Below are positions 53,323 to 64,000 of a stretch of 64,000 nt of DNA, in pieces. The position numbers were made by a program, and so were the translations under genes. The first letter of the stretch is position 1, and every line of letters begins with the position of its first letter. Source of the DNA: Octopus vulgaris (lineage: Eukaryota). The notes beneath the pieces are model-generated. The model did no database searches and was not told the origin of the DNA. It was given only the letters and a program-made list of their open reading frames with translations. Location of the stretch: positions 2,356,001 to 2,420,000 of the forward strand of contig OX597831.1 in assembly GCA_951406725.2 (NCBI GenBank), given 5' to 3'.

Positions 53323-53569
53323 GATGACTGGTTTCGGTCCCCGCACCGCTCCTTAGCTATCAAAGAGAAAATAAATCAACAGAGAAGCTTAAATACATAT
53401 ATATACATATAACAGGATAAGAATGAGAGTGTGAGGATATGTGTGTGAGTGTGTGTGTATGTGTGCGAAAATACACATGTAACAGGAAAGAATGTGTATG
53501 CGTCTATGCATATGCGCATCCATGTGTGTATGGTTACAATGTATAGGTATGTGTATATGTGCGTGTATA

Positions 53570-53940
53570 TATGTACACACACATACATATATATATATGT
53601 ATGTACACACATTATATATATATATGTATGTGTGTACACATACTTATATGTACACACTATATATATATATGTATGTATGTACACATACTTATATGTACAC
53701 ACTATATATATATATATGTATGTATGTACACATACTTATATGTACACACTATATATATATATATGTATGTATGTACACATACTTATATGTACACACTATA
53801 TATATATATATATGTATGTATGTACACACTATATATATATATATATGTATGTATGTACACATACTTATATGTACACACTATATATATATGTATGTATGTA
53901 CACATACTTATATGTACACACACTATATATATATATAGAT
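53570..53940. repeat. Minisatellite, ~35-40 bp unit (TGTACACATACTTATATGTACACAC(TA)nTGTATGTA)
   Basis: Repeated roughly eight times just upstream of the first coding exon. Confidence 0.9.
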
Positions 53941-54624
53941 ATACCTTTATATTTGAAAAAATATTTTATTAGAAACAAGAGCGTAAATAGTTAAAACATA
54001 CATATACACACGTGTGTATACACGTCAATGTCTGACTGTTCTTTGGCAAACGGACAAATGCCAAAAAGGGTGAACCTTTGACGGCGAAGTTTCGCATGTC
54101 GAAACTATGCCCCTTTGACATTTCAGACCACAACACAGAGATAGGGGCAAGGCGTAGGGGCGGTTTAATGCGAAGAAAAGTCAAGAAAGATACAAGCCGA
54201 GGAGGCATTTAGTGTCCTTTTTTTTTTTTTTACAGTATCAACAGGCATGAGGCAATCTTACGGCATTTTAAGATATACGAGATAAATAAACCGATAGATA
54301 TATACGGGTTCATAGACCGAAAGGTAAGACAGACACGACATTACATAAATTTAGATAATACAGGTAAATAGACGGACGTATACATACATGCATGCACGCA
54401 CATATATATATAAAGACAGGGTGACTGGTAGTCTGTATGTCAATTTCTGCATGTAATACATTATTACAGTTGATGATTAAAATTTAATTAGTCTTAATTA
54501 TTTTAAGATTTTCCTTTCACCCATTTTCTGAGTATTTGGAGATATATTGTGTCTGTGGTCTTATCGTACTACGCAACTCTTGGAAATGGTAGAGGCCCCT
54601 GTACACAAACACGCGCATATATAC

Positions 54625-54679
<55 letters not shown>

Positions 54680-55318
54680 TTTTCACTTATTTCTAGACGC
54701 TTTTCCCATTTATCACCATTTTTTTTTTTTTACTTTTCTTATATGTATACATGTTCTTGAAAAAAAAATGTTTTCCCTTTCTCTTTAAGTGTCTACATTC
54801 TTAAGTCATATTTAAGGGTACAAAAATTTAAAAAATAAAAACTATATATATATATATATATATATAATATAATTATATATATATATGTATATATATAATA
54901 TAATTATATATATATATATAATCATTTATTTGTGAGAATGGAATACTGTCAGTAGAGCCGAACTGACAATTTCTGTTACTAATTAATTTAGCTTGTTTTA
55001 AATATAATATTATATTATATATAGTAAAATGAAGATAATGAATTTTGCATTTTTTATCATGTTTTTCTTTCCATTTTCGATGCTAACATACAAAACAACC
55101 ATAAAAATTTTTTGCCCCCTTCTCCAAAGTAAACTTTTACTTTAAAATCTCATCTCGGGGTTTGTTTTCTTTCATTTAAATAAGTATTTCCTATCTTGGT
55201 TAATAATATTACATTTCTTTTTTCCTAGTCTGATGCATATTTTTCGTCTTTTCTCTCGCATTCTCTAACCGTTTGCCTGTCTCTCTCTCTCTCTGGCCAC
55301 CCGTTTTAAAAGACTCAC

Positions 55319-55400
55319 CTTGAAAAAAATGCTCCTCCGTCCGCCACTACCCCGGTATTGACATTAAACTGTTGTAATAATCAACAAGGTGGTGGAGTGG
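55319..55400 (-). other. Probable non-coding first (5' UTR) exon of the SH3BGRL-like gene; upstream boundary approximate
   Basis: Strong minus-strand donor CAAG|GTGAGT at 55319/55318 in a GC/CpG-rich patch beside CRE sites. The coding exon at 53356 has an acceptor and so needs an upstream exon. Contains a 5-codon uORF (55347-55364). Confidence 0.6.
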
Positions 55401-55409
55401 TGAAGTGAA

Positions 55410-55510
55410 TGTGAGCATGACGTCACTGACATTTGTGCGTATGTTTCGGTGACGTCTACACATCTTGCCGTCCCCGGTTGCTCGTTGCTGGGGGTGAATA
55501 TATAAACAAC
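55410..55510. promoter_or_regulatory. Promoter region with CRE/ATF sites, possibly bidirectional
   Basis: Perfect TGACGTCA at 55418-55425, near-match TGACGTCT at 55450-55457, TATA-like TATATAAA near 55500 and locally high CpG. Lies between two outward-facing consensus splice donors (55318 minus, 55790 plus). Confidence 0.6.
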
Positions 55511-56332
55511 AAAATAACCAAACTGTTTGTTGTTGTTGCTGCTGCTACTACTGCTGCTGCCACTGCTGTAGTGTTTGTTGCTACTTCTGTTGTTTATTGC
55601 TGTTTTTGTTGCTGTGGTTATATTTCTTTACCTGAGTGCAACTTATCCTCCTCCACAACATCATCATCATTACATTTCAATTGACTATACAAGCATGTAC
55701 AGTGTCCAAGGTTGTCGTTGGTTAGTTCCAGATCGGTTCTGATCGGCTTTAGCCATTCATGTGAGTCCAAATTTTTGACTGTGGACAAGGTAAGTCCTGA
55801 CGTTTGTGTTATCAACTGTTAATTAACTGTAAAACTATAATTAAGTTTCTTATCGTTTGGGATTACTGGGGACTTGACTTTAACAGGGGGGTGTAATATC
55901 ACTGCTTCTGGAGGACAGGGTGCTGTCAGCAATACCAATGGGATGTGCCGTGAAGTTGTTAAAAGCGACGACACCACGACATTTGGAACAGTAATAAAAT
56001 AAGTGATTTTCTAAAAGTTTGAAAAGATAATTAACTGGGGCTGTCCCAGGTTAAGATATGTAACTTGGGATGTTTTTAGTTTTAAATTTATCAACATGTG
56101 ACTCTGCCTTGGTTTTAACTTGTGTATGATTACTACAATTTAATTTTGTCACCCCACAGGTGACAGAATTATATTTGTAGGGGCTACAGGCTGGTTGTAT
56201 CGTAAATTAAGAGGTATGCCTTGCGACATAATTTTCCTTTAATTTGTTGATAGATACTGTTGTTCGTGAAGTTATTTTTCATTTCTTTTCTAATTTCAAT
56301 TTACGTCAAGATCCTCCATCGGCCCTTTCTCT

Positions 56333-56609
56333 CGAACTCCGGATCAATAATCAATAAATAAGTAGCAGTAATATACTGAGGTACTATTCAATCGAATACG
56401 TCCCTTTGGCAATCAAAAGACACTACACTTTGTTAACAGGAGTCGGTATTAAATAATGATAATAATTATCTACGAACTCCGGATCAATAATCAAAAATAA
56501 GTACCAGTAATATACTGAGGTACTATTCAATCGAATACGTCCCTTTGGCAATAAAAAGACTCTACACTTTGTTAACAGGAGTCGGTATAAAATAATGATA
56601 ATTATCTAC
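56333..56609. repeat. Two-copy tandem duplication, ~139-bp unit
   Basis: CGAACTCCGGATCAATAATCAA...GATAATTATCTA occurs twice with few differences. Confidence 0.9.
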
Positions 56610-59324
56610 ATTAGCACAAGGTTATGAATGTGGAACAGTCGCAGTGTATTACTGGTACTTATTTTATGTGTCATGGAGTGATAAAAGAAATAAAAGGTTT
56701 GATGTTGCTATGAAGTCCAAACTTTTTAGGCTATAAATCAAATGCCATGTCTTAGTGTTCCAATTTTATATTTCTTCCACCTTAAAATTGTCAAGATTCG
56801 TGTCTTTATAAGAAATGAATTATTGAACGCTAAATTCCTGGGATGTTGAAACAGTGGACCCTTTTCACTTCACAGGTGATTCGAATTAAGTTTTTTTCCA
56901 CTTACTCTACTTAATGTCCCAGGGTAAAAAAAAAAAAAACACGACCATTACAACATTCCAGGAAAGACAACAAAGTACATGGTCGTTACTCCCGATCCTC
57001 CTCTCACCCTTATCATGAAAGACACTAAGTTCTTGGATGTCACCCAGTTTACTCTTCAGTTTCATCAATCAAGGAGGACTACAAATTATATATGGGTGTT
57101 ACCCCCCCCCCCCCCCGTGACTTCCATTTTACGAGCATGGGAGGGCGACGACCTTTTCTGATTACTTAATTAAAATAAACTAGATTTATTATCTTTCAGT
57201 AATCGCTTTTATTATTTTATTGGTTTAGTTAAGGCAACGGGATGGCAGAATCATTAGCACGCTGGCAAAATACTTGGCAATTTTTCATCCATCTTCGAGT
57301 TCTAAGTTCAAATGCCACCAAGGTTGACTTTGCCTTTCATCCTTTCGGGGTCGATAAATTAAGTACCTGTGAAACAGTGGGGTCAATGTAATCAACTTAT
57401 CCCTTCTCCACAGGATTTCAGGCCTTGTGCCTATAGTAGAATGGATTATTTTATTGGTTTAGTCATAAGACTGCGGACATACTGCAGCAAAGACATCAGG
57501 GAATTTTGTAGATCCAATCAATGCCTCCAATATTGATTTCAGTCTTGTACTTATTTTGAAATGCTAAGTTCATCATCATCAGTTTAACATCCACTTTTTC
57601 ATGATTGCATGGATCATATAGAATTTGTTGAGGCGGAATTTTTACAGCCAGATGCCCTTCCTCTCACCAACCCTCACCTGTTTCCATGTAAGGTAGTATT
57701 CCCCATGACCAGACATGTCTTTCATGAAAGATTGGAAACAAAGGATATCGCTTGCATGATGGTGACATTTGTTTACAACTGTACAGGAAGTCAAGCTATG
57801 GAGGCACACTCACATACATGCACACATGCAACATATATGCATACATATATATATATAGTTAATCCAAACATGAAAACACAAAGAGAAAACACAACAACAC
57901 GAGGACGTGGAACAAGTATAGTGTTATTGGACGTTCAGGAAAGGAAAGAAAGAAGGAGGATATATATATACACAACAGGCTTCTTTCAGTTTCCATCTAC
58001 CAAATCCACTCACAAAGCTTTGGTCTGTCTGGGGCTAATATAGAAGAAGTACTTTGGGCAAATGTCTTCTACCAAAGCTTGAACCTACATAATCTTGGGT
58101 TCGGTCCCTCAGCATGGTACCCAAGATCATGTGGTTGGGAATCATAAAGCCACACTTGCCCCTATTGGACATAAAGACACAAAATATAAACAATATCTGC
58201 TTTTAGTTTTATGTAAACATAAACACAGGTGCATGTGAGCGTACACACATACATTCATATGCATACACACTTACTATGTCTGCCAAATTCCACTTAGAAA
58301 GTATTGATCAACCTAAGATTACTGTGGCCGTTCGCCTGTGTCGGTGGCATGTAAAAAGCACCCACTACACTCACGGAGTGGTTGGCGTTAGGAAGGGCAT
58401 CCAGCTGTAGAAACACTGCCAGATCCGACTGGGCCTGGTGCAGCCTTCGGGCTTCCCAGACCCCAGTTGAACCGTCCAACCCATGCTAGCATGGAAAGCG
58501 GACGCTAAATGATGATGATGATGATGATGACACTACCCAAGTTGCTGTGCATTGAAATTGATCTTGGAACCATGTGGCTGCAAAGCAGACTTATTAACAA
58601 CAGAGCTATATCTGCACCTTAACGATACTGCTTTTCTTAAGATCCTGCTGTCGTTAACAATTGGAAAATCTAAATTTTGTGACCTGAACATGCGAATGTT
58701 AATTATTCAAGTGCCATCCAATCAAAATTCTCCTTGACATTAAATATTTGGCTGATGGTCAAGAATGTGTTCCGAATCTGTCAAAAGCGTTTCATTATTT
58801 ACCAAAGTAGTTTACATTCTCATAAATAAAAAGACCATTACACAATTACACATACGTATTCATACATGCATAATAAATCTATTGGAGTGTGTGTGTATAT
58901 ATATATATATATCATCATCATCATCATCATCGTTTAACATATATATATATATATATAATATACATACAGATACAGGTTTGTTCTCAAAGTCTATATATGT
59001 GCAAGCAAAAGCAAGTTTATCTGTATACACATATATATATATATGTGTGTGTGTTTGTATGTATGTGATATGTATATGTATTTACACTTATGTGTGTGTA
59101 TATATACATACACTTTTGTGTGTGCATGCGTATCGAGATAAATTAGTAATATATTTATCTCATGCCTTCATACAATACTCAGTTGGTGAGCTTATGTGAT
59201 TAAAGGTGTTTGTTATTGCGTGGATTTATTGACCCATTTGATCAGAAAGACTTGGATCTGTCCACGATACCTGGAGTAAATGAGACAATGTGATTTTTGT
59301 TTCTCACATAGGTACAAAGCCTGA

Positions 59325-59714
59325 GTGGAGGCGCAATGACCCAGTGGTTAGGGCAGCGGACTCGCGGTCATAGGATCACGGTTTCGATTCCCAGACCGGG
59401 TGTTGTGAGTGTTTATTGAGCGAAAACGCCTAAAGCTCCACGAGGCTCCGGCAGGGGATGGTGGTGATCCCTGCTGTACTCTTTCACCACAACTTTCTCT
59501 CACTCTTTCTTCCTGTTTCTGTTGTACCTGTATTTCAAAGGGTCGGCCTTGTCACTCTAGAGAGTCACGCTGAATATCCCCGAGAACTACGTTAAGGGTT
59601 ACACGTGTCTGTGGAGTGCTCAGCCACTTACACGTTAATTTCACGAGCAGGCTGTTCCGTTGATTCGGATCAACCGGAACCCTCGTCGTCGTAACCGACA
59701 GAGTGCTTCTATCC
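59325..59714 (+). mobile_element. Full-length tRNA-derived SINE (family D) with TSD
   Basis: Box A/B head (TGACCCAGTGG ... GTTTCGATTCC) and 11-bp TSD ACAAAGCCTGA (59314-59324, 59715-59725). Degenerate relatives at ~39347-39620 and ~61468-61600. Confidence 0.9.
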
Positions 59715-60738
59715 ACAAAGCCTGAAGTTTGGGGGAGGGGGTTAGTCAGTCACAATGATATCAGTATTTCACTGGTACTTCATTTTATCAACCTGAAAGG
59801 ATGAAAGGCAGAGTCAACTTCGGTGAAATTTGAGCTTGGCATGTCATCAGCATCATCGGTGTCGTCATTGTCGTCGGCTTTATCCCATATCTGAAAATTT
59901 AGTTTCTTTGCTGAAAGCTTCCTTTATTGTGACAGCATTGATGGCTATATAGATCAATTCTTGCATAGAAGAATCAATGGCATTGACTGCATGGTAATGA
60001 AGCTATCATCACCAGCATCATCATCATTTAATGTCTGTTTTCCATGCTAGCATGGGTTGGATGGTTTAACTGAGGACTGGTAAGCCAGGAGGCTGCACCA
60101 GGCTCCAGTCTGATCTGGCAAAGTTTCTACAGCTGGATGCCCTTCTCAACGCCAACCACTCTAAGAGTGTAGTGGGTGCTTTTTACGTGCCACCGGCACA
60201 GGAGCCAGTCAGGCAGCACTGGCATTGACCACTTGCCTTGATCAGAAATAAGGCAGCGAGCCTGCAGAAATGTTAGCACACCGGGTGAAATGCTTAGCAG
60301 TATTTTGTTTGCCGTTACGTTCTGAGTTCAAATTCCACCGAGGTCAACTTTGCCTTTCATCCTTTTGGGGTCAATAAATTAAGTACCAGTTAGGCACTGG
60401 GGTCGATGTAATCGACTTCATCCCTTTGTCTCTCCTTGTTTGTCCCCTCTATGTTTAGCCCCTTGTGGGCAATAAAGAAATAAGAAATATGGTTTTAGCT
60501 AACTTGAAATCATGACTACCAATCCATGTAGTCCAATAATGAATTCACACAGCTACTGTACAATTCACATAAAATAATGTACTCATAGATACACAATGCA
60601 AGCACAAAAGACTGGATGAATATGGTTGGAACACCTACGGATCATAGATGGGTTACTAGGCCAGGACTGACTTAGATCTAAACAACAGCAACAAGAATTC
60701 ACTCAGTTCTTAGTATAATGATTTCCTTCTTTGTTTAA

Positions 60739-61434
60739 CCCTTTAGCATTTAAACTGGCCGTTTCTGGCCCAATTATTCTACCTGTTTTATTTTATGTTC
60801 CAAGCAGCCAGATCTGGCTTGTCACACCTACTCTACAATGTCATTCTAAAAATAAGTCGCATTGAAATCAAATTCGATGATTAGCATCCATGCTAGTGGA
60901 GCACTAAGAGTACCATATGAGCGTGATCGTTGCCAGAGCAACAAGCTGGCCTCCATGCCGATTGCACATAAAAAGCACTATTCGAACGTGTTCGTTACTT
61001 ACGTTGCCTTACTGGCACTTGTGCTGGTGGCACAAAACATTCGAACGAGGTTGTTGCCAGTGCCGCTGGACTGGCTCCTGTGCAGGCGGCACATAAAAAG
61101 CACCATTTGATCCTGGCCACTGCCAGTACCATCTGACTAGCCCTTGTGCCGGTGGCACATAAAAGCACCTACTACACTCTCGGAGTGGTTGATGTTAGGA
61201 AGGGCATCCAGCCATAGAAACTCTGACAGATCAGATTGGTGTTTGGTGCAGCCATCTGGTTCGCCAGACCTTAGTCAAATCGTCCAACCCATGCTAGCAT
61301 GGAAAGCAGATGTTAAACGATGATAATGATGATGTTGATTACAATCTCAAAGCTACGAGATAATGCATGAATAATTCAAGACAGAGTGAATAAGTAAACA
61401 TTACATTTGACTGAGTAATCTGAATGCTTACAGG
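60739..61434. mobile_element. TTAA-flanked MITE (CCCTTTAGCATT family) split by a (GAT)n-tailed retroposon
   Basis: TTAA|CCCTTTAGCATT ... AATGCTTACAGG|TTAA. Related copies at ~27000-27230 and ~39870-40060; insertion at ~60884-61337. Confidence 0.65.
60884..61337 (+). mobile_element. (GAT)n-tailed non-autonomous retroposon (family C, RTE-associated)
   Basis: Internal sub-repeats (GGTGGCACATAAAAAGCAC), then TTAGGAAGGGCATCCAGC...AACCCATGCTAGCATGGAAA...(GAT)n. Other variably 5'-truncated copies: ~760-999, 2309-2490, 33790-34060(-), 41762-42086, 58330-58530, 60018-60235(-), 62733-62960(-). Confidence 0.85.
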
Positions 61435-62129
61435 TTAAAATCCAGATTGTGCAGAAGTACTGATATAGTGGAGGCACATGGCTTAGTGGTTAGAGTGTTG
61501 GACTCCTGATCACAAGATTGTGGTTTTGATTCTTTGGCCGGGTGGTGTTTTGTGCCCTTGAGCAATACACTTCATTTTACGATGCTCCAATCCACTCAGC
61601 TAACAAGCATAGATATTTACACAGAATTGATTATGGAAAACAACAGTTTACAAAAGGAATGAAGTGAGATATGCAAATAAGGAGGGGCAGCCACTTTGGG
61701 CCAATCAAGAAATCCCAACAGATCCAAGATTGTCCCTGGCTATTGAGGGGAAGTACCCTCTTCTGACTACATTCTCCAGCCTACAAGCAAAATGCTCAGA
61801 GTTGGCCCTTTCTCTTCATTCTCCCATTTTCCAGCAAATTTTTTGTAGAGTAGCACCTTTCCCACTATCCTCACATTCCTCTTGAAGAAATTCAGTTGAA
61901 AGTTTGGCCAGACAAAAATATCTGTCTGCAATTTTTTCAGTCTTGTCCACTAAATCTTCTCTCTCACCATAGCCATCAGATAAGAGTCCAGAACTGGCTG
62001 CCCTGAGGATGGCTACAAATAAGTAGTGATGATCAACCTTACTGAAAGTTTTTAGTTGATCCCATTTTATCAAAATCCCATCAAATTCAGATTTGTTACC
62101 CACACTCTCTATGCTATTCTATATTTTTG

Positions 62130-62704
62130 AGATGAGAATATGACAAAATTTGTGTGTACTCTATCCCATGCAGTTGTGGTAGGTTAGACAAAGGCGAAAC
62201 ATTCCACTGACCCACACTGTAGGAACATTGTAAAGTTGTGACACTAGGGGATGTTAAAAAATCAGGTATAGCCGATCATGTATGGAAAAACAGAAACCAT
62301 ATCCCACTGTGGGATGAAGTCAAAATAATCAACAGAGAACACCACTGGAAAATACGAAAATTAAAAGAGGCTGCATAGATGCTAGGATACAATAACCTCC
62401 TAAGCAGACCTAGTGCAGATATGACTGTAATATAGGAATCAGTATTAAGAAACAATAAAATACTAGGTTTATAAGCCCTAAAATTCACTCTATAATTGCC
62501 CACACACATATAGCATAGTGGATAAGCGTACAAGCTACCGACCCTCAGATTCTAAGCTTAATCTCAGGCAGGGACTTGAAAAAAAAAATAGTATAAACGG
62601 AAAAATAACATCAGCAACATACCTTAGGAATGAGAACAGTGTACCCCATTAGACAAATAAAGGGTTGGGTTTGAAATTCCACAAGAACACCTGATGAAGG
62701 CTGG
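62130..62704 (+). mobile_element. Penelope-like retroelement 3' remnant: GIY-YIG endonuclease plus terminal repeat with truncated hammerhead
   Basis: Translates as VYSIPCSCGRLDKGET ... EHCKVVTLGDVKKSGIADHVWKNRNHIPLWDEVKIINREHHWKIRKLKEAA*, the PLE GIY-YIG pattern. Followed by ATACCTTAGGAATGAGAAC...ACACCTGATGAAGGCTGG. Confidence 0.85.
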
Positions 62705-63069
62705 TCATTTTCATTAGCTCTAGTACTTAACTCATCATCATCATTTTACATCCATTTTCCATACTGGCATGGGTTAGATGGTTTGACCAGTGCTGGTAAG
62801 CCAGAGTTCTGCACCAGGCTCCAGTCATCTGTTTTGGCTTAGTTTCTATCACTAGATGCTCTTCCTGATGCCAACCAGGATGTTTTTTACATGCCACCGA
62901 CAAGGGTGCCTTTCACATGTCACTAGCACAGGTGCCTTTTAGGTGTCACCAGCATTGGCCATGACCATGATTTCACTTAGCTTGATGTGTCTTCTTGAGC
63001 ACAGCAAATCACCAGATGTCTCAGTCACTACTCCTGTGAAGGATTGTCTTTACTTTTAATGTTCTCTGC

Positions 63070-63280
63070 AAGAATAAAAGGCAAAGTTGGTGTTGAAGGA
63101 ATTTGAATAGAATCTGAAATTAGCCATGGAACTGAGAAAACTGAAGGACATGGGTGTAAAATTCATTCCTTTTGTAACAGAAGCTCCGAGAACATTTGCT
63201 AACCTAGTGAGACTTCTATCTAAATATGACCAGGACGACCTGTTGCAATTTGTCCTAGTTCTCATTTGCACTTTTGAAAA
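63070..63280 (+). mobile_element. Degenerate restriction-like-endonuclease LINE fragment
   Basis: LKLAMELRKLKDMGVKFIPFVTEAPRT resembles the LAxELxxLWxMxVxxIPxVxGALG motif of R4/Dong/CRE-type LINEs. Confidence 0.5.
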
Positions 63281-63829
63281 AACAAGGCAAAAACCTGGTT
63301 AGACAGTTTGAATTGACCAAGAAGGTATGTGAGTTTTTGCATTCCCATCTTCTATCATTCACTCTCACACTGTCCCTGCAGGCATCCAAAATTCCATCCC
63401 AGTTTCCCACTGTCACTAATGAGCAATGTTCCTAGAAACAGTTCTTAATAACTGAAGAAATCAAATCTGCCTGCTCCAGTTGGAGCATAAATGGCCCACC
63501 ACTTTCCTTCATTGCTGCTCACCACAACCACTGATTCAAATTCCAGGTCTCAGAAAACTGTATAATAATTGTAATGCTTCGATTGTAGTTATTGTTCAAT
63601 CCTTAGCGAGCTCAGATCTTGTAGGTCTATGATCAAATATATTCCAGCCATGACCATCTCATCTTTTATTTTGACATAGTGTATCAAAAATTTATCATCA
63701 TCGTCATCTTCCTGTGTCTTGTACAACCATTCATTGAGGTGCTATTCTAAATGTGCTGACAGTCAGGAATTGCCACTGATCTCTGCTGTTCATCATATAC
63801 AGAAGGGCCGCTGTTCTAGTCCTTAATAT

Positions 63830-64000
63830 TGTTTGTTCCTTCTCGAGCCATGCCTGGCTCATAAGGACCGGTTTCCCAGTTTCCTTGGTGTATATGTTCC
63901 CCACCTGGACGGGACACTGGTCCGTCGCAGGTGATCTGCAAGATGCAGGAGGAAAGAGTGAAAGAGTCAGCAGAAGTTTGCCGTTACCTTCTACTGGATC
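63830..64000 (-). mobile_element. SINE 3' part with V-domain-like motif
   Basis: Minus strand CCTGCGACGGACCAGTGTCCCGTCCAGG resembles the V-SINE central domain. A degenerate relative lies at ~29520-29770. Confidence 0.55.

Noticed and set aside
53376-53994. ORFs over the minisatellite
   Set aside because: Repeat-derived translations.
59325-59400. tRNA-like sequences here and at ~24884-24960 and in other SINE heads
   Set aside because: Embedded in TSD-flanked repeats without a clean cloverleaf or terminator; these are element heads, not tRNA genes.
61816-62103. 95-aa minus-strand ORF with protein-like composition
   Set aside because: No recognisable domain and no clear splice sites; abuts a Penelope remnant. 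A BLASTX search would be needed to rescue it.

Overview
AT-rich, repeat-dense eukaryotic DNA. The SINE families, Penelope/RTE remnants and long (TA)/(CA) microsatellites look like an octopus/cephalopod genome (inferred from remembered repeat families, not from a search). One host gene is supported: an SH3BGR/SH3BGRL-family thioredoxin-fold gene on the minus strand. It has a probable non-coding first exon ending at 55319, a 15-codon first coding exon (53278-53322), a ~42.5 kb intron and a 62-codon exon (10640-10825). No further exon was found in 1-10639, so the rest probably lies left of the window. A CRE-containing promoter near 55.4 kb may be bidirectional. The rest is mostly transposable elements: several tRNA-derived SINE families, RTE/L1/RLE LINE fragments, mariner and rosa-type DNA transposons, hAT- and piggyBac-type MITEs, a non-autonomous Helitron, a 5S rRNA pseudogene and a Penelope GIY-YIG remnant. 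The most unusual object is a ~500 bp fold-back insertion (24629-25130) flanked by a 13-bp target-site duplication. Each arm joins a tRNA-like Pol III head to a Penelope-type tail with a minimal hammerhead ribozyme, and the same tail follows the Penelope endonuclease remnant at 62.1-62.7 kb. Most ORFs in the supplied track are microsatellite or repeat artefacts.
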